Assembly (NCBI GenBank): GCA_964633875.1
Contig: CAZWKL010000006.1
Location: forward strand, 19,144 to 83,143
Direction: 5' to 3'
Source: an uncultured Pseudomonadales bacterium
GTDB taxonomy: Bacteria > Patescibacteriota > Microgenomatia > UBA1400 > PJMF01
Length of the DNA stretch: 64,000 nt
Positions within the stretch are counted from its first letter, which is position 1. The number at the start of each line of letters is the position of its first letter. Positions 52,886 through 62,541 of this stretch are shown here, piece by piece. The notes under the pieces were generated by a model. That model searched no databases, had not been told where the DNA came from, and saw only the letters and a list, made by a program, of their open reading frames with translations. The translations under genes and the position numbers were made by a program.

Positions 52886-55849
52886 ATGTCGAAGCAGTAC
52901 ATTACTGAATTTGTTGCCGACAAACCTCTAATCGTGGTTTGCGGTATTCCCTCGAGGCTAACCAAAAGCATTGGCGAGGCTGTTGCTGCCGGCGGCGTTC
53001 AAAGCGTGGTGGTGGACCTGTTTTCAGAGCAACTCAGCCGGAGCTTGCTTGATGCCGCCTACAAGGTGGTGTGGGTTAATGAAGAGCAGGATGTAGAAAG
53101 CGATTTTTATCAGGTTGCAATTTCCCAACTAATCAGAGCTGAAAACAAATGTGTTGTGATACAACCTCTTAAAACCGCGGTGAAATCTCCTCGAAACAGC
53201 GCCGATTTTGGCTTTGAGTGGGCTGAAAACAGCGAAAACTTGCGAAATTTAATTTTGGACATTAATTATCGCTTACCAAGAGCGTCTTTTATTTTTGGTC
53301 AGGATATCTTGGATCCGGCCAACCCAGCCCTATCTCCTCTCGACTACGCCCTGACCAAGCTCCAGTCTGGCTATATTTATGATCCGGATATTGATTGGCG
53401 CCTACAAAGCGCGGAAGATTTTGCCAGGGTCGCGGCGGAACTGATTTTTAGGCCACAAAACGCTGGCAGCTACCTAGTTTCTTCTCCCCCGCAGGGAAGT
53501 ACAGCACTTCTCCATCAGATTAGAAACAAGTATGAGCAGTATCATTCGGTGGCGATTATGATTCAGGACAAGCCTCAGGTTGAGGATGAAAGCCTGCCCT
53601 TTTCAGCGACACAAGTTGAGGGAAACGGGATTAATACCGATGATCTGACCAAGTTTGTGAGAGCGCTCCCCACTCCGGCTTTTGCTGATTTGCCGAGGGT
53701 TGAGAGCGTTTTGAAAAATGAGCTGAACAAGCCGGTTGAGCCAGGGGCTGGGTTGATGGCTGATCCGGTGGCCAAACCAGAGGTAGAACCAAATGTGGCG
53801 CCGCCACCAACGCCCGCGCCCACACCCACGCTTCAACCAATCCCCTCTCCACCGGCAAAAAACGCCAAAAAAGCCGTTTCCCTCAAAAAGAACAAGGATA
53901 TCGATGTGAGCGATGAGTTGCAAAAAATATTTTCTACCACCAGAGCAACTCAGCGGGTGAGCCGCATCAACAACAAGGCAAAAACGGAGAAAAAACAGCG
54001 CCGGAAGAAGAAACAAAGAACCGCTTTGTTTTGGGGAGGAATGGCGAGCATCGTCACTGCCTCAATTGTGCTGATTCTGACGGCAGTTTTCTTTACCACC
54101 CAGCTCCTGATGAAGCGTTCACTCCTGGCGGTAATAATCGACGCTTCTCAAGTTCAAGCCTCAGAATTGGTAGAAAAGAAATCTTGGGAAAACTTGGTTA
54201 AAATCAACAAAGCCATGGCGCTTCAAACTAACGCCTACTCAAATCTTCTCTCTGCCAACATGTTTTCTCAGGCTAATTTACTGCTCCAACTAACCGAGCA
54301 AATTGAAGAAATGGCCAATTCCGTGGACCAAACCCGTGAAATGAGCAAGGCGCTGGTTTTGCAAGTTTTGGGCATAGAGGGCGGAGATAGTATTGAAACA
54401 GCGCAAAAACTGCAGTCACAGGCCGTTAGAACCTACGAAAACCTCTCTTTGTTGCAGGCGGGACTAAGTCAGGTGAAGATTGATAAGGACGATATCGCCG
54501 TTTCTGACTTGTTCAAGCAGTACGAAACTCAAGTAAAAGAAGTGCGCCAAGGTTTGGCTACCGCCCAGCAGATTGATCCACACCTAAGTGAGCTCACCGG
54601 CAGAAACGGCAAAAAAACCTATGCCCTACTGCTGCAAAACAACCAAGAGTTGAGGCCAACTGGCGGCTTTATTCAGGCGGTGGCCCTATTGAGCTTCGAC
54701 CGCGGCTCTTTGGTTTCCTACCAGGTGTTTAGCAGCTACGAGCTGGATGACCGCTTTGTCGGCGAAGTCACTCCTCCGGAGGAAATTACTGAATATCTAA
54801 ATGAAAACAACTGGTTTTTCCGTGACAGCAACTGGAATCCCCACTTTCCGGATACTGCCAGGCAAACGGCTTGGTTTCTTGAAAAAACCACAGAAACCAA
54901 AATAGATGGAGTGATGGGCATGAATTTGTTGGTAATGGAAGACTTAATTGAGTCTCTCGGACCCCTGGAAGTAGAGGAATATGACGAGTTGATCACCCAC
55001 AGAAACTTGCAGGAAAGAATGGAATTTCACTCGGAGGTGATTTTGGTGCCGGAAAACGGCAAAAAAGATTATGGGGTGATTATTTTAGAAAAAATGATTG
55101 GAAAAATGAAAAACTTGCAGGGCCAAAAAGTACCGGGATTTTTGGCCGCGCTCAGCCAAAACCTCGAGTCTCAACAACTCACAATCACTATTTTTGACGA
55201 AAATATTCAAGACACTTTTAGTACTTTGGGTTGGACCGGCGCCATTATTGAACCGCAATGCCCTGCTCAATTAAGTGTGGCTGATTGCCACGTGGACACC
55301 ATTGCACAGGTAGAGGCCAATGTTGGGGTGAATAAAGCCAATTTTTACTTGAAAAGATCGGTGAACCACACTATTTCACTTGGGCCGGAGGCGGCCGAGC
55401 ATCAGCGGGTGGTAACTTTTCAAAACACTGCCAAAACCAATTCTTGGCCCAAGGGCAGTTACAAGTCTTATGTGAGGTTTTACTTGCCGGAGGCGGCTGA
55501 GCTGAGCGGTATTGATCTTGACGGCAAAAATGTGCCCGCGGACAAAATTAAACAGTATCAGGAAAGCGGCAAAAAAGTGGTGGGACTTTTGCTGGAGGTA
55601 CCGGTGGATTCCACTGCTCGGCTTGAGTTGAATTACTCCTCTCCTCTGTCGAGTGAGACGCCATTTTCCTATGTTTTCTTTAATCAAAAACAGTCGGGTA
55701 CGGCAGAAACTCCTATCACCATTAAGATTGTTGCCCCATCCAGGCTGATGCCGGCGCTAATTGCCCCTCAGGCCGAGGTGTCGGACAACACTATTATTTT
55801 TGATGACATTCAGGAGAAGCACTCGATTGTGGGTGTGACCTATCAGTAA
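52886..55849 (+). CDS. large membrane-anchored protein, DUF4012-like
   Basis: Single TM around residue 370; NNQELRPTGGFIQAVA motif resembles the conserved DUF4012 PTGG block (memory-based). Confidence 0.35.
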   Translation: MSKQYITEFVADKPLIVVCGIPSRLTKSIGEAVAAGGVQSVVVDLFSEQLSRSLLDAAYKVVWVNEEQDVESDFYQVAISQLIRAENKCVVIQPLKTAVKSPRNSADFGFEWAENSENLRNLILDINYRLPRASFIFGQDILDPANPALSPLDYALTKLQSGYIYDPDIDWRLQSAEDFARVAAELIFRPQNAGSYLVSSPPQGSTALLHQIRNKYEQYHSVAIMIQDKPQVEDESLPFSATQVEGNGINTDDLTKFVRALPTPAFADLPRVESVLKNELNKPVEPGAGLMADPVAKPEVEPNVAPPPTPAPTPTLQPIPSPPAKNAKKAVSLKKNKDIDVSDELQKIFSTTRATQRVSRINNKAKTEKKQRRKKKQRTALFWGGMASIVTASIVLILTAVFFTTQLLMKRSLLAVIIDASQVQASELVEKKSWENLVKINKAMALQTNAYSNLLSANMFSQANLLLQLTEQIEEMANSVDQTREMSKALVLQVLGIEGGDSIETAQKLQSQAVRTYENLSLLQAGLSQVKIDKDDIAVSDLFKQYETQVKEVRQGLATAQQIDPHLSELTGRNGKKTYALLLQNNQELRPTGGFIQAVALLSFDRGSLVSYQVFSSYELDDRFVGEVTPPEEITEYLNENNWFFRDSNWNPHFPDTARQTAWFLEKTTETKIDGVMGMNLLVMEDLIESLGPLEVEEYDELITHRNLQERMEFHSEVILVPENGKKDYGVIILEKMIGKMKNLQGQKVPGFLAALSQNLESQQLTITIFDENIQDTFSTLGWTGAIIEPQCPAQLSVADCHVDTIAQVEANVGVNKANFYLKRSVNHTISLGPEAAEHQRVVTFQNTAKTNSWPKGSYKSYVRFYLPEAAELSGIDLDGKNVPADKIKQYQESGKKVVGLLLEVPVDSTARLELNYSSPLSSETPFSYVFFNQKQSGTAETPITIKIVAPSRLMPALIAPQAEVSDNTIIFDDIQEKHSIVGVTYQ

Positions 55850-55932
55850 TTTGATGAGCGAATCAATTTGCCCCACCACAACCACTTCGACGTTGTTAAT
55901 AACTAACAGCATTTACTAACTGTTGTTAGTTA

Positions 55933-55949
55933 TTGTTAATAGTTAACAA
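55933..55949. promoter_or_regulatory. 7-3-7 palindrome TTGTTAA-tag-TTAACAA upstream of rplY, with additional half-sites at 55893-55929
   Basis: Perfect inverted repeat; the same arms occur at 255-271. Confidence 0.45.
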
Positions 55950-56029
55950 AACTCAAGGGATTCCGCTGCGTCGGCTTGCTAAAGGGTCGGCAGGCCAATC
56001 AAAAACAGCTAGAATTAATCCGCAAACCC

Positions 56030-56038
56030 TGGTATAAT
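56030..56038 (+). promoter_or_regulatory. extended -10 TGGTATAAT upstream of rplY
   Basis: TGnTATAAT 32 nt upstream of the rplY ATG; the leader has RBS aggaaagg. Confidence 0.45.
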
Positions 56039-56070
56039 CACTGCTCTATTGCCAGAGGAAAGGACAATTT

Positions 56071-56784
56071 ATGAACGCTGCCAAGAATGAAAAGACTATT
56101 TTTCATATTAAAAATCGTGACGTAGTGGGCAAAAAAGTTTCTCAATTACGGGCCAAGGGTATGCTGCCGGCCAATATTTATGGCTTGGGAGCAACGTCTC
56201 AGCCAGTGATGGTGGAAACTAAAGCCTTTAGCAAACTTTATGAAGAAGAGGGCGATACCGGCCTGATTTATCTCAGTCTTGAGGGGGAAAAAGAGCAAAT
56301 TCCTGTTTTAATTGATGAGGTTGATTATCACTCGGTGACGGGTGAAGTTTTACACGCGGTTTTCCGCCGGGTGAACTTGAGTGAAAAAATTACTGCCGAA
56401 GTGCCGGTTGAGCTGGTCGGTGAAAACGACGTGCCGGGGGCAACAGTGGTGATGGTCCGCGACATGCTGGAAGTGAGCGCTCTGCCCGCAGAACTGCCGG
56501 AGAACTTTGAGGTTGATATTGCTGCCCTCAAGGAAATTGGCGACTCTATTGCTATTAAAGATTTGGTGATTGATAAAGAAAAAGTCGAGATTGTGATGAC
56601 TGGCGATATGGACGAAGAATCGCCGCTGGTGATCTTGCAAGAAGTTAAGGAAGAGGAAGAGCCGGAAGAAGTTAGCGTGGATGATGTTGAGCTGGTGGGT
56701 GAAGAGGGCGAAGGGGGCGAAGGGGGCGAAAAAGCAACTGAAGAAGGCGCGCCAGAGGCTCAGGAAGAGAAGAGCGAGGAATAA
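56071..56784 (+). CDS. rplY: 50S ribosomal protein L25/general stress protein Ctc with acidic C-terminal extension
   Basis: N-terminal L25 signature ...HIKNRDVVGKKVSQLRAKGMLPANIYG; the C-terminal E-rich tail contains GEGGEGGE. Confidence 0.8.
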   Translation: MNAAKNEKTIFHIKNRDVVGKKVSQLRAKGMLPANIYGLGATSQPVMVETKAFSKLYEEEGDTGLIYLSLEGEKEQIPVLIDEVDYHSVTGEVLHAVFRRVNLSEKITAEVPVELVGENDVPGATVVMVRDMLEVSALPAELPENFEVDIAALKEIGDSIAIKDLVIDKEKVEIVMTGDMDEESPLVILQEVKEEEEPEEVSVDDVELVGEEGEGGEGGEKATEEGAPEAQEEKSEE

Positions 56785-56816
56785 GGTTGGTTTTGAGTTT
56801 GAAGGTTTGGGAGTTT

Positions 56817-56846
56817 GGGGCCCGCGCGTGCCGCGCGGGCCTTTTT
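56817..56846. terminator. Rho-independent terminator between convergent rplY and the downstream minus-strand gene
   Basis: GGCCCGCGCG-tgc-CGCGCGGGCC stem followed by TTTTT. Confidence 0.65.
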
Positions 56847-56852
56847 AATGGC

Positions 56853-57278
56853 CTAATCAAAAAACTGATGGTTGGGGTTGACCGCCCGGGCCTGAGCAAA
56901 ATACTCATCAGCAACTTCCTGATGATCTAAAGCCTGATGAAGTAGGGCGGCGTTAATCAAAAGATCGAAGTGGGTGGGTTGCTGACCCAAAAGCTCTTCC
57001 ACCTTCTCCAGCCGGGCCTCAATTTCTTCCAGGCTCAATTTTTCCTCCTGCAGCTCCGCTCCAAAAGCCGGCCGTGGCGCCGCGATAGTTTCTTCCACCT
57101 GAATCACCGCCGCCCCCGGAGAGGTAATTTGACTCAACAGCAACCCCATAGTCATGGCGAACAACAAAGCAATGGAAATAAAAGCAGCGCGCCGTTTAGC
57201 CACCACCAATTGGTTTTCCAAAATCATCAGCACCAAGGAAAAACTCAGCCGCAGCTGGAACAGGCGATAACTCAGCAT
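56853..57278 (-). CDS. hypothetical membrane protein
   Basis: 141 aa with an N-terminal hydrophobic region and a helical C-terminal part. Confidence 0.3.
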   Translation of the reverse strand: MLSYRLFQLRLSFSLVLMILENQLVVAKRRAAFISIALLFAMTMGLLLSQITSPGAAVIQVEETIAAPRPAFGAELQEEKLSLEEIEARLEKVEELLGQQPTHFDLLINAALLHQALDHQEVADEYFAQARAVNPNHQFFD

Positions 57279-57285
57279 GAGGCCA

Positions 57286-59544
57286 TTATACCCCCGGCCA
57301 AGCTGCTGTCACCAGCAGGTCTTCAGCCAGCAAATTTTGCTGCCTTAACTCTTGCCAAACAGCTTCTGTGACAAACGGCACAAACGGGTGCAGGAGTTTG
57401 AGAAACACGGTCAGCCCCTCAAGTAGAGCAGTATTGGAAAGCTTGCCCGCCTTAGCACTTTCAATGCACTCGTCGCAATACCAGTGCCAAAATTCGTTGT
57501 AAACGGTTTCCGCCGCCAAACCAATTTGCAGCTTCTCCATATTTTCCGTAACTTTAGCAACTACACTTTGTAGTTTGTTCTGGAATTCCTGATCATCTTC
57601 AGAAGTTTTGCTTGATATATCGGCAAATTCACCCTTATTATTCTCATTCTGCAAACCCACAAACCGGCTAGCATTCCAAATTTTATTAGTCAAGTTGCGC
57701 ATGGCTTTAATATCACTCACCCCCACATTTTTGTCTTGGCCGGGAGTAGAACGAATCATCAGCGCCATTCTCAATGCGTCCGCGCCAAACTCGGCAATAA
57801 CATCCAGCGGATTGATGGTGTTGCCCTTGCTTTTGCTCATTTTTTGGCCTTTTTCATCCCTAATCAAACCGTGCAGGTAAACCTGCCGGAAAGGAGCCTG
57901 ATCTGTCAGGTAAGCGCCCATCATCATCATGCGCATCACCCAAAACATCAGGATGTCGTAGGCCGTTTCCATGACACTGGTGGGGTAGAAGCGGCTGAAA
58001 TCGCTCTCTTGGTTGGTTTTGAGAGTCACTACTGGCCACTGGGAAGAAGAAAACCAAGTATCGAAAGTATCTGTTTCCGGCAGCCAATTGCCGGTTGCCG
58101 GCTGGGTGCGCGAAACAGAGTAAGGCACACCGGCAAAAGCGTTGGTTTGTTGGAGGCCGCTTAATATTTCTTCCAGCGAGTGCTTGGCCAGCACTGCCGC
58201 CAAAATTCCCTGAGTGTACTGGCCGTTTTTGTCAATAAAACTAACTTGAATTTGCCCTTCATAGCCGTCAATTTCGTACCAAACCGGAATGGGAATGCCC
58301 CAAACAATCTGGCGGCTGATATTCCAGTCTTTAAGATTGCCTAGCCAATGCCTGAGAATTTTTTCTTGGCCAGCGCCGTGAACTTTGGTTTCACCCGAAT
58401 CCAGCATTTTGAGCGCTTTTTTAGTCAGGCTGTTGGCGCCATCATTCACTTTAATAAAAAACTGCGCCAGTGGCAGTGGCTCAATCACCCGGCCGCAGCG
58501 ATAACAAGTGCCGACGCGGTTTTGATACTTTTCATTAATTTTTTCGATCAAACCTTGGGCTTGCAAGTCTGCCACTACCGCTTCTCGGGCATTTTTCACC
58601 GACATACCCGCATATTTCCCACCCGCCTCAGTAATTTTACCTTGCGTATTGATGGCTTGATTGATTGGCAAACCGTGGCGTTTGGCCACCTCAAAATCAT
58701 GCGGATCGTGGGCGGGCGTCAGCTTGACAATGCCGGTGCCAAAATCCGGATCAACGTACTCATCGGCAATAATTGGCATTTCGGCGCCGGTAAGCGGATT
58801 GAGCACCAGCTGGCCAACTAAGTGCTGCCGCTCTGGATCATGGGGATTGACCGCCAAGTGAGTGTCGGCAAAAATCGGCTCAGGCCGCACCGTCGCCACC
58901 GTCACGAATTCATCCAGCTTGTCTTTGAGAGGATATTTTACATAATAAAGCGGCGTTTGCTGATCCTGATAAACCACCTCTAGTTCAGAGTAGCTGGTGC
59001 CGCATTTGGTGCAGTAATTCACCAGTTGCAGATCGCGATAAACCAAATTATCCTGATGCATTTTTTCAAAAGTACTCAGCACAAAATCCACCACGTCCTC
59101 ATCCAGGGTAAACTTGTAGCGGCTCCAGTCCGCGCTGGCGCCGATTTTTTTCATCTGCTCCACTGCCACGCCGGAATTTTCCTGCACGTACTCCCAAATC
59201 TGGTTGAAAAGCGTTTGGCGGTCAAAATTAAAGCGGCTCTTGCCCTCTTTTTGCAGCTTTTTTTCAAAAACAAACTGAGTTTCGATGCCTGCGTGATCGG
59301 TGCCGGGAATCCAGGCAGTGTCGTCGCCCTTCATCCGGTGATAGCGGATCAGAGCATCCTCAAGCGACACAAACATGGCGTGACCCACATGGAGCGGATC
59401 ATTGGCATTGGGCGGCGGCATGATGATAGTAAAAGGCCGGCCGTTTTGCTTGTTGGCGCTGCGGTCGGGATTAAAAGCCTGCCGCTTTTCCCAAAGTTGG
59501 TAGATATTTGCTTCGTGGGCGTGGTAATCGTAGCGCTTGTCCAT
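57286..59544 (-). CDS. valS: valine--tRNA ligase (compact form lacking C-terminal coiled-coil)
   Basis: Class I HIGH region PPPNANDPLHVGHA (ValRS-type PPPN); KMSKSKGN motif; 752 aa. Confidence 0.8.
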   Translation of the reverse strand: MDKRYDYHAHEANIYQLWEKRQAFNPDRSANKQNGRPFTIIMPPPNANDPLHVGHAMFVSLEDALIRYHRMKGDDTAWIPGTDHAGIETQFVFEKKLQKEGKSRFNFDRQTLFNQIWEYVQENSGVAVEQMKKIGASADWSRYKFTLDEDVVDFVLSTFEKMHQDNLVYRDLQLVNYCTKCGTSYSELEVVYQDQQTPLYYVKYPLKDKLDEFVTVATVRPEPIFADTHLAVNPHDPERQHLVGQLVLNPLTGAEMPIIADEYVDPDFGTGIVKLTPAHDPHDFEVAKRHGLPINQAINTQGKITEAGGKYAGMSVKNAREAVVADLQAQGLIEKINEKYQNRVGTCYRCGRVIEPLPLAQFFIKVNDGANSLTKKALKMLDSGETKVHGAGQEKILRHWLGNLKDWNISRQIVWGIPIPVWYEIDGYEGQIQVSFIDKNGQYTQGILAAVLAKHSLEEILSGLQQTNAFAGVPYSVSRTQPATGNWLPETDTFDTWFSSSQWPVVTLKTNQESDFSRFYPTSVMETAYDILMFWVMRMMMMGAYLTDQAPFRQVYLHGLIRDEKGQKMSKSKGNTINPLDVIAEFGADALRMALMIRSTPGQDKNVGVSDIKAMRNLTNKIWNASRFVGLQNENNKGEFADISSKTSEDDQEFQNKLQSVVAKVTENMEKLQIGLAAETVYNEFWHWYCDECIESAKAGKLSNTALLEGLTVFLKLLHPFVPFVTEAVWQELRQQNLLAEDLLVTAAWPGV

Positions 59545-59595
59545 AACCCTTAGATTATAGCACCTTGAGGGGAAGGTGGGGGCTAATGTTGGTCG

Positions 59596-59805
59596 CTAAC
59601 GGTTGACTTTTCTATTCTTAATGATTTCTGTTGCCTCATCATATTTTTCAGCAACTTCTTTCGGCGTCATGCTTTTTTGAATTTCGCTCGGAGAAACAGG
59701 CACATTATACGCCTCCAAAAGAGCCAAGCTTAGCAGTCGTGCGGCTTCGCCACTTACTTCCTCTCCCTTGCCGGGTGTCTGTTCCGGTCCTTGTGGCGTT
59801 GTCAT
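59596..59805 (-). CDS. small hypothetical protein
   Basis: Internal Met of ORF-track 59596..60024 (MTTPQGPEQ...); the upstream part overlaps a promoter-like AT-rich palindrome. Confidence 0.2.
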   Translation of the reverse strand: MTTPQGPEQTPGKGEEVSGEAARLLSLALLEAYNVPVSPSEIQKSMTPKEVAEKYDEATEIIKNRKVNR

Positions 59806-59905
59806 GTATTGCTCCTTTTGGTTGTTATTAATAGTGTTGATAATAACTATAATACTTTTATTTTCAAAAATTGTTGTAATTGTGTAAGAAAAGTTGCGCG
59901 GTTTG

Positions 59906-60262
59906 TTATGATTCTTTGTTATCGCTAGTGATAATCCACTTTCCCCTTGTTGCATTCCAGGCAAGTTTTCTCTCTTGGGCGGCCACAAGGTATGTGTCCA
60001 GGTATGCGCTACATTCACCACCATCCAAAGCTATTGCTTTAGGAGGATTTTTCATTATTTCTTCTACATTTTCTGGTGTTGGCGGCTTACCATGGGCTGC
60101 GAGGTACGCACCTATTCTATCACCCGATACTTGCTCAGAACCTTCTTTTTGTCTACGAAACAATCGCGCCAAGATACCACCTTTTCTTGGTTTTTCCATA
60201 TCAACTTCTTGACCAAAACCAATGGTTGGCCGCTTATCAATAGTAGTTTCTGGATTGTTCAT
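59906..60262 (-). CDS. hypothetical protein
   Basis: 118-aa ORF; no motif recognised. Confidence 0.3.
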   Translation of the reverse strand: MNNPETTIDKRPTIGFGQEVDMEKPRKGGILARLFRRQKEGSEQVSGDRIGAYLAAHGKPPTPENVEEIMKNPPKAIALDGGECSAYLDTYLVAAQERKLAWNATRGKWIITSDNKES

Positions 60263-60655
60263 TTTGCGCCTTTTTTGCTTGTGACTGATACGCTACAATA
60301 CTGATTATAAGCCCAAATACTTGAGAGCGAAAGGAGTGCTTGGGGTATTTGGCACAGAGCTTGCCCGCGAATGTTGCTTGAAAGGGCAAAGGTGTGTTTT
60401 TGGTTGTAATCAAACTTTGTAGAAAGAGGGGTTTATATGACAGAAAAAAGGTACGGAAATGAACACTTTGCAAGAGATAGAAAGCCTCGCATCAAAAATT
60501 TTGATGCAGAAGCAGAAAAGTGGCGTGGCCCAGTTACTCAAAAAGCCGACACAGAGAAACCCCAGGATTTTTGGCAAAAAATATCAAACATAGTGAGACA
60601 CCTTTTTACAGGCAGGCCTCAATAGCGATCAGCTTGTCCAAAAAAGCAAACCCAT

Positions 60656-62410
60656 TTACCCGCCCGGCCCAACCACAAACTTGGCCGACCAGGGCCGGTA
60701 GTTGGAATAATACTCCTTTTCCTCAATAATATTGCCATCTTGGTCGCGAACCACGTTAGTGAACCTGGCCTTGATGCCGGCAGCCGACCAATCAACCTGT
60801 TCCCGATAGCCAACCGGCTTTTCCGGATCTTCAAAGTATTCCGGCGCCGGTGGTGGCCGGTAATCCCAAACTTCATGATTGACAATCTCGCTGGTCCGGC
60901 CGTCGCTGGTGCCGTAAATTTCGATATACATATATAAATTATTACTATCTGCCTGGCCATGGAGGAGCAAGTGTTGGCCGGTGTCGTTTTTAAAACGAAA
61001 ATCGACATTACCGCTGTAAACAGTGGCATCAATGCCGGGCTTGCTATCGAGTTCATAATAACTAACGCGGTAACTGTGTGGCAGCCTCAGCGTCACCGGC
61101 AGTCCGGCGTTCAGCACCGAGCGGAAAACCGTGGTACTTACCTGGCAAACTCCGCCGCCATCCCCAAGCTCAGTCCGGCCGTTTTTAATGACGTAAGCGG
61201 AGCGATAGCCGGTACGAGCGGAAACTTCACCTAGTGTTTTGTTGAAAGAAAATTCTCCTTCTGGAGGAATGATGATATTGGAAATCCGGTCGGTGGTAAT
61301 TTTGACGTTATGAACCCGGTTGGGAATCGAGTGAGCGTACTCACTGTCGCCAAAACCAATCCGCTCGACAATGCCCAAATCATTGGTGTCGGCCAGGGTA
61401 ATTTCCGGCAGCGCCTCGGCTACCGGCAGGGGGTGAGAAATAGTGGTACCTTCAATAGCGCCATCCTCAATCAGGCGCAGGGTGTGAGTGGTCAGTCCCA
61501 CCGCTTCCTCCAGGTTTAGTTTGAGGCCATTTTTGTGAGGCAGAAACTCATTGACCTCGAGTGTTTCCGGATTGTAGTCGAAAACCGCGTTTTGCGGCTC
61601 GCGATTGACGTTTTCGGCCCACTCGTCAAAAATATTTTCCAAATCTTGAGGATCGTAGCCTTTGGGGAAAGTGAGCGCGGCCACCAACTCCCGGTCGGGG
61701 AGAGCATAGGTCCGGGTGTCGGTAGTGAACTCAATGCGGTAGCCCACAAATTTTTCGGCCCTTTCTTTGGCGGCTTCAATTTGCTCTTCGTTCAGGACCG
61801 CGCTGGTGGAAGCCACTTGGCCGCTGGAAGCAAACTCACCCTGAGCGATGTTGGCTTGAATGGCAGCCACCGTCGGCTCAACCTCGAGAATTCTGCCCGG
61901 ACTGCCGGGGTTGATGGTCAGAGTGGCGGCATTGCCGCTGGTGCTGAGGGTGGCGTGTGGAGCTTCGCCAATAATATCTACTTTGAGTTGTAAATCGGTG
62001 AGCAGTTGTTCGAGTTTCTCTTCATCAAAAGTGGGGTAGGCGGTGAGGTTTTTGGCTGAAAAAAGCGAGAAAAACATATTTTTTAAGCGATTGAAAATAT
62101 TGCCATCTTTGCCTTTGAGATAAGCAGCTCTGGCAATTTCTTCGTATTTATAGGTTAGCCCCAACTCAGCGCTGGTTGAGGCAACCTCAATGTCATCAAC
62201 TACCACCACCACTTTTCCGGTAGGAGCCTCAAATTTGGCGGCAGCAAGCTTGGCTGTGGCTTCTTCAATGCTCAAGCCACCCACAGCGATACTATTTATA
62301 TAGGTGCGGGGAAAAATTCTGGCGTTATAAAACTCATAACCTTTAATCACCATTAAACCAAAAATCAGGGCAATGGCGAAAATAATTCCGAATACAGCAG
62401 ACTTTTTCAT
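60656..62410 (-). CDS. VanW/YoaR family protein (PG-binding + VanW domain), membrane-anchored
   Basis: GGGVCQVSTTVFRSVLNAGLPV...GIDATVYSGNVDFRFKNDTGQ VanW signature. Start at the internal Met preceding TM FGIIFAIALIFGLMV. Confidence 0.7.
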   Translation of the reverse strand: MKKSAVFGIIFAIALIFGLMVIKGYEFYNARIFPRTYINSIAVGGLSIEEATAKLAAAKFEAPTGKVVVVVDDIEVASTSAELGLTYKYEEIARAAYLKGKDGNIFNRLKNMFFSLFSAKNLTAYPTFDEEKLEQLLTDLQLKVDIIGEAPHATLSTSGNAATLTINPGSPGRILEVEPTVAAIQANIAQGEFASSGQVASTSAVLNEEQIEAAKERAEKFVGYRIEFTTDTRTYALPDRELVAALTFPKGYDPQDLENIFDEWAENVNREPQNAVFDYNPETLEVNEFLPHKNGLKLNLEEAVGLTTHTLRLIEDGAIEGTTISHPLPVAEALPEITLADTNDLGIVERIGFGDSEYAHSIPNRVHNVKITTDRISNIIIPPEGEFSFNKTLGEVSARTGYRSAYVIKNGRTELGDGGGVCQVSTTVFRSVLNAGLPVTLRLPHSYRVSYYELDSKPGIDATVYSGNVDFRFKNDTGQHLLLHGQADSNNLYMYIEIYGTSDGRTSEIVNHEVWDYRPPPAPEYFEDPEKPVGYREQVDWSAAGIKARFTNVVRDQDGNIIEEKEYYSNYRPWSAKFVVGPGG

Positions 62411-62541
62411 TGTGCTATTATAACCATTGTACGGCTCTGTTGTATTGTGGCAAGTTTGTATCCATTTGTCATCTATACGACTCTTGAGTACAATTGCTAT
62501 ACTGATGTTAGTGTCCATGAATTATTGGTAACTTGGTACCC

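Noticed and set aside
56690-56760. Short tandem repeat ggcgaaggg x3 near the rplY 3' end as a possible mobile or repeat element
   Set aside because: It lies in-frame within the acidic GEGGEGGE tail of L25/Ctc. It is a coding low-complexity repeat, not an independent element.
59821-59856. Dyad GTTATTA-N10-TAATAAC upstream of the small minus-strand ORF, as a possible third copy of the TTGTTAA operator
   Set aside because: The arms differ (GTTATTA versus GTTAA core), the spacer length is different, and the sequence is simply AT-rich. It is treated as unrelated or uncertain.
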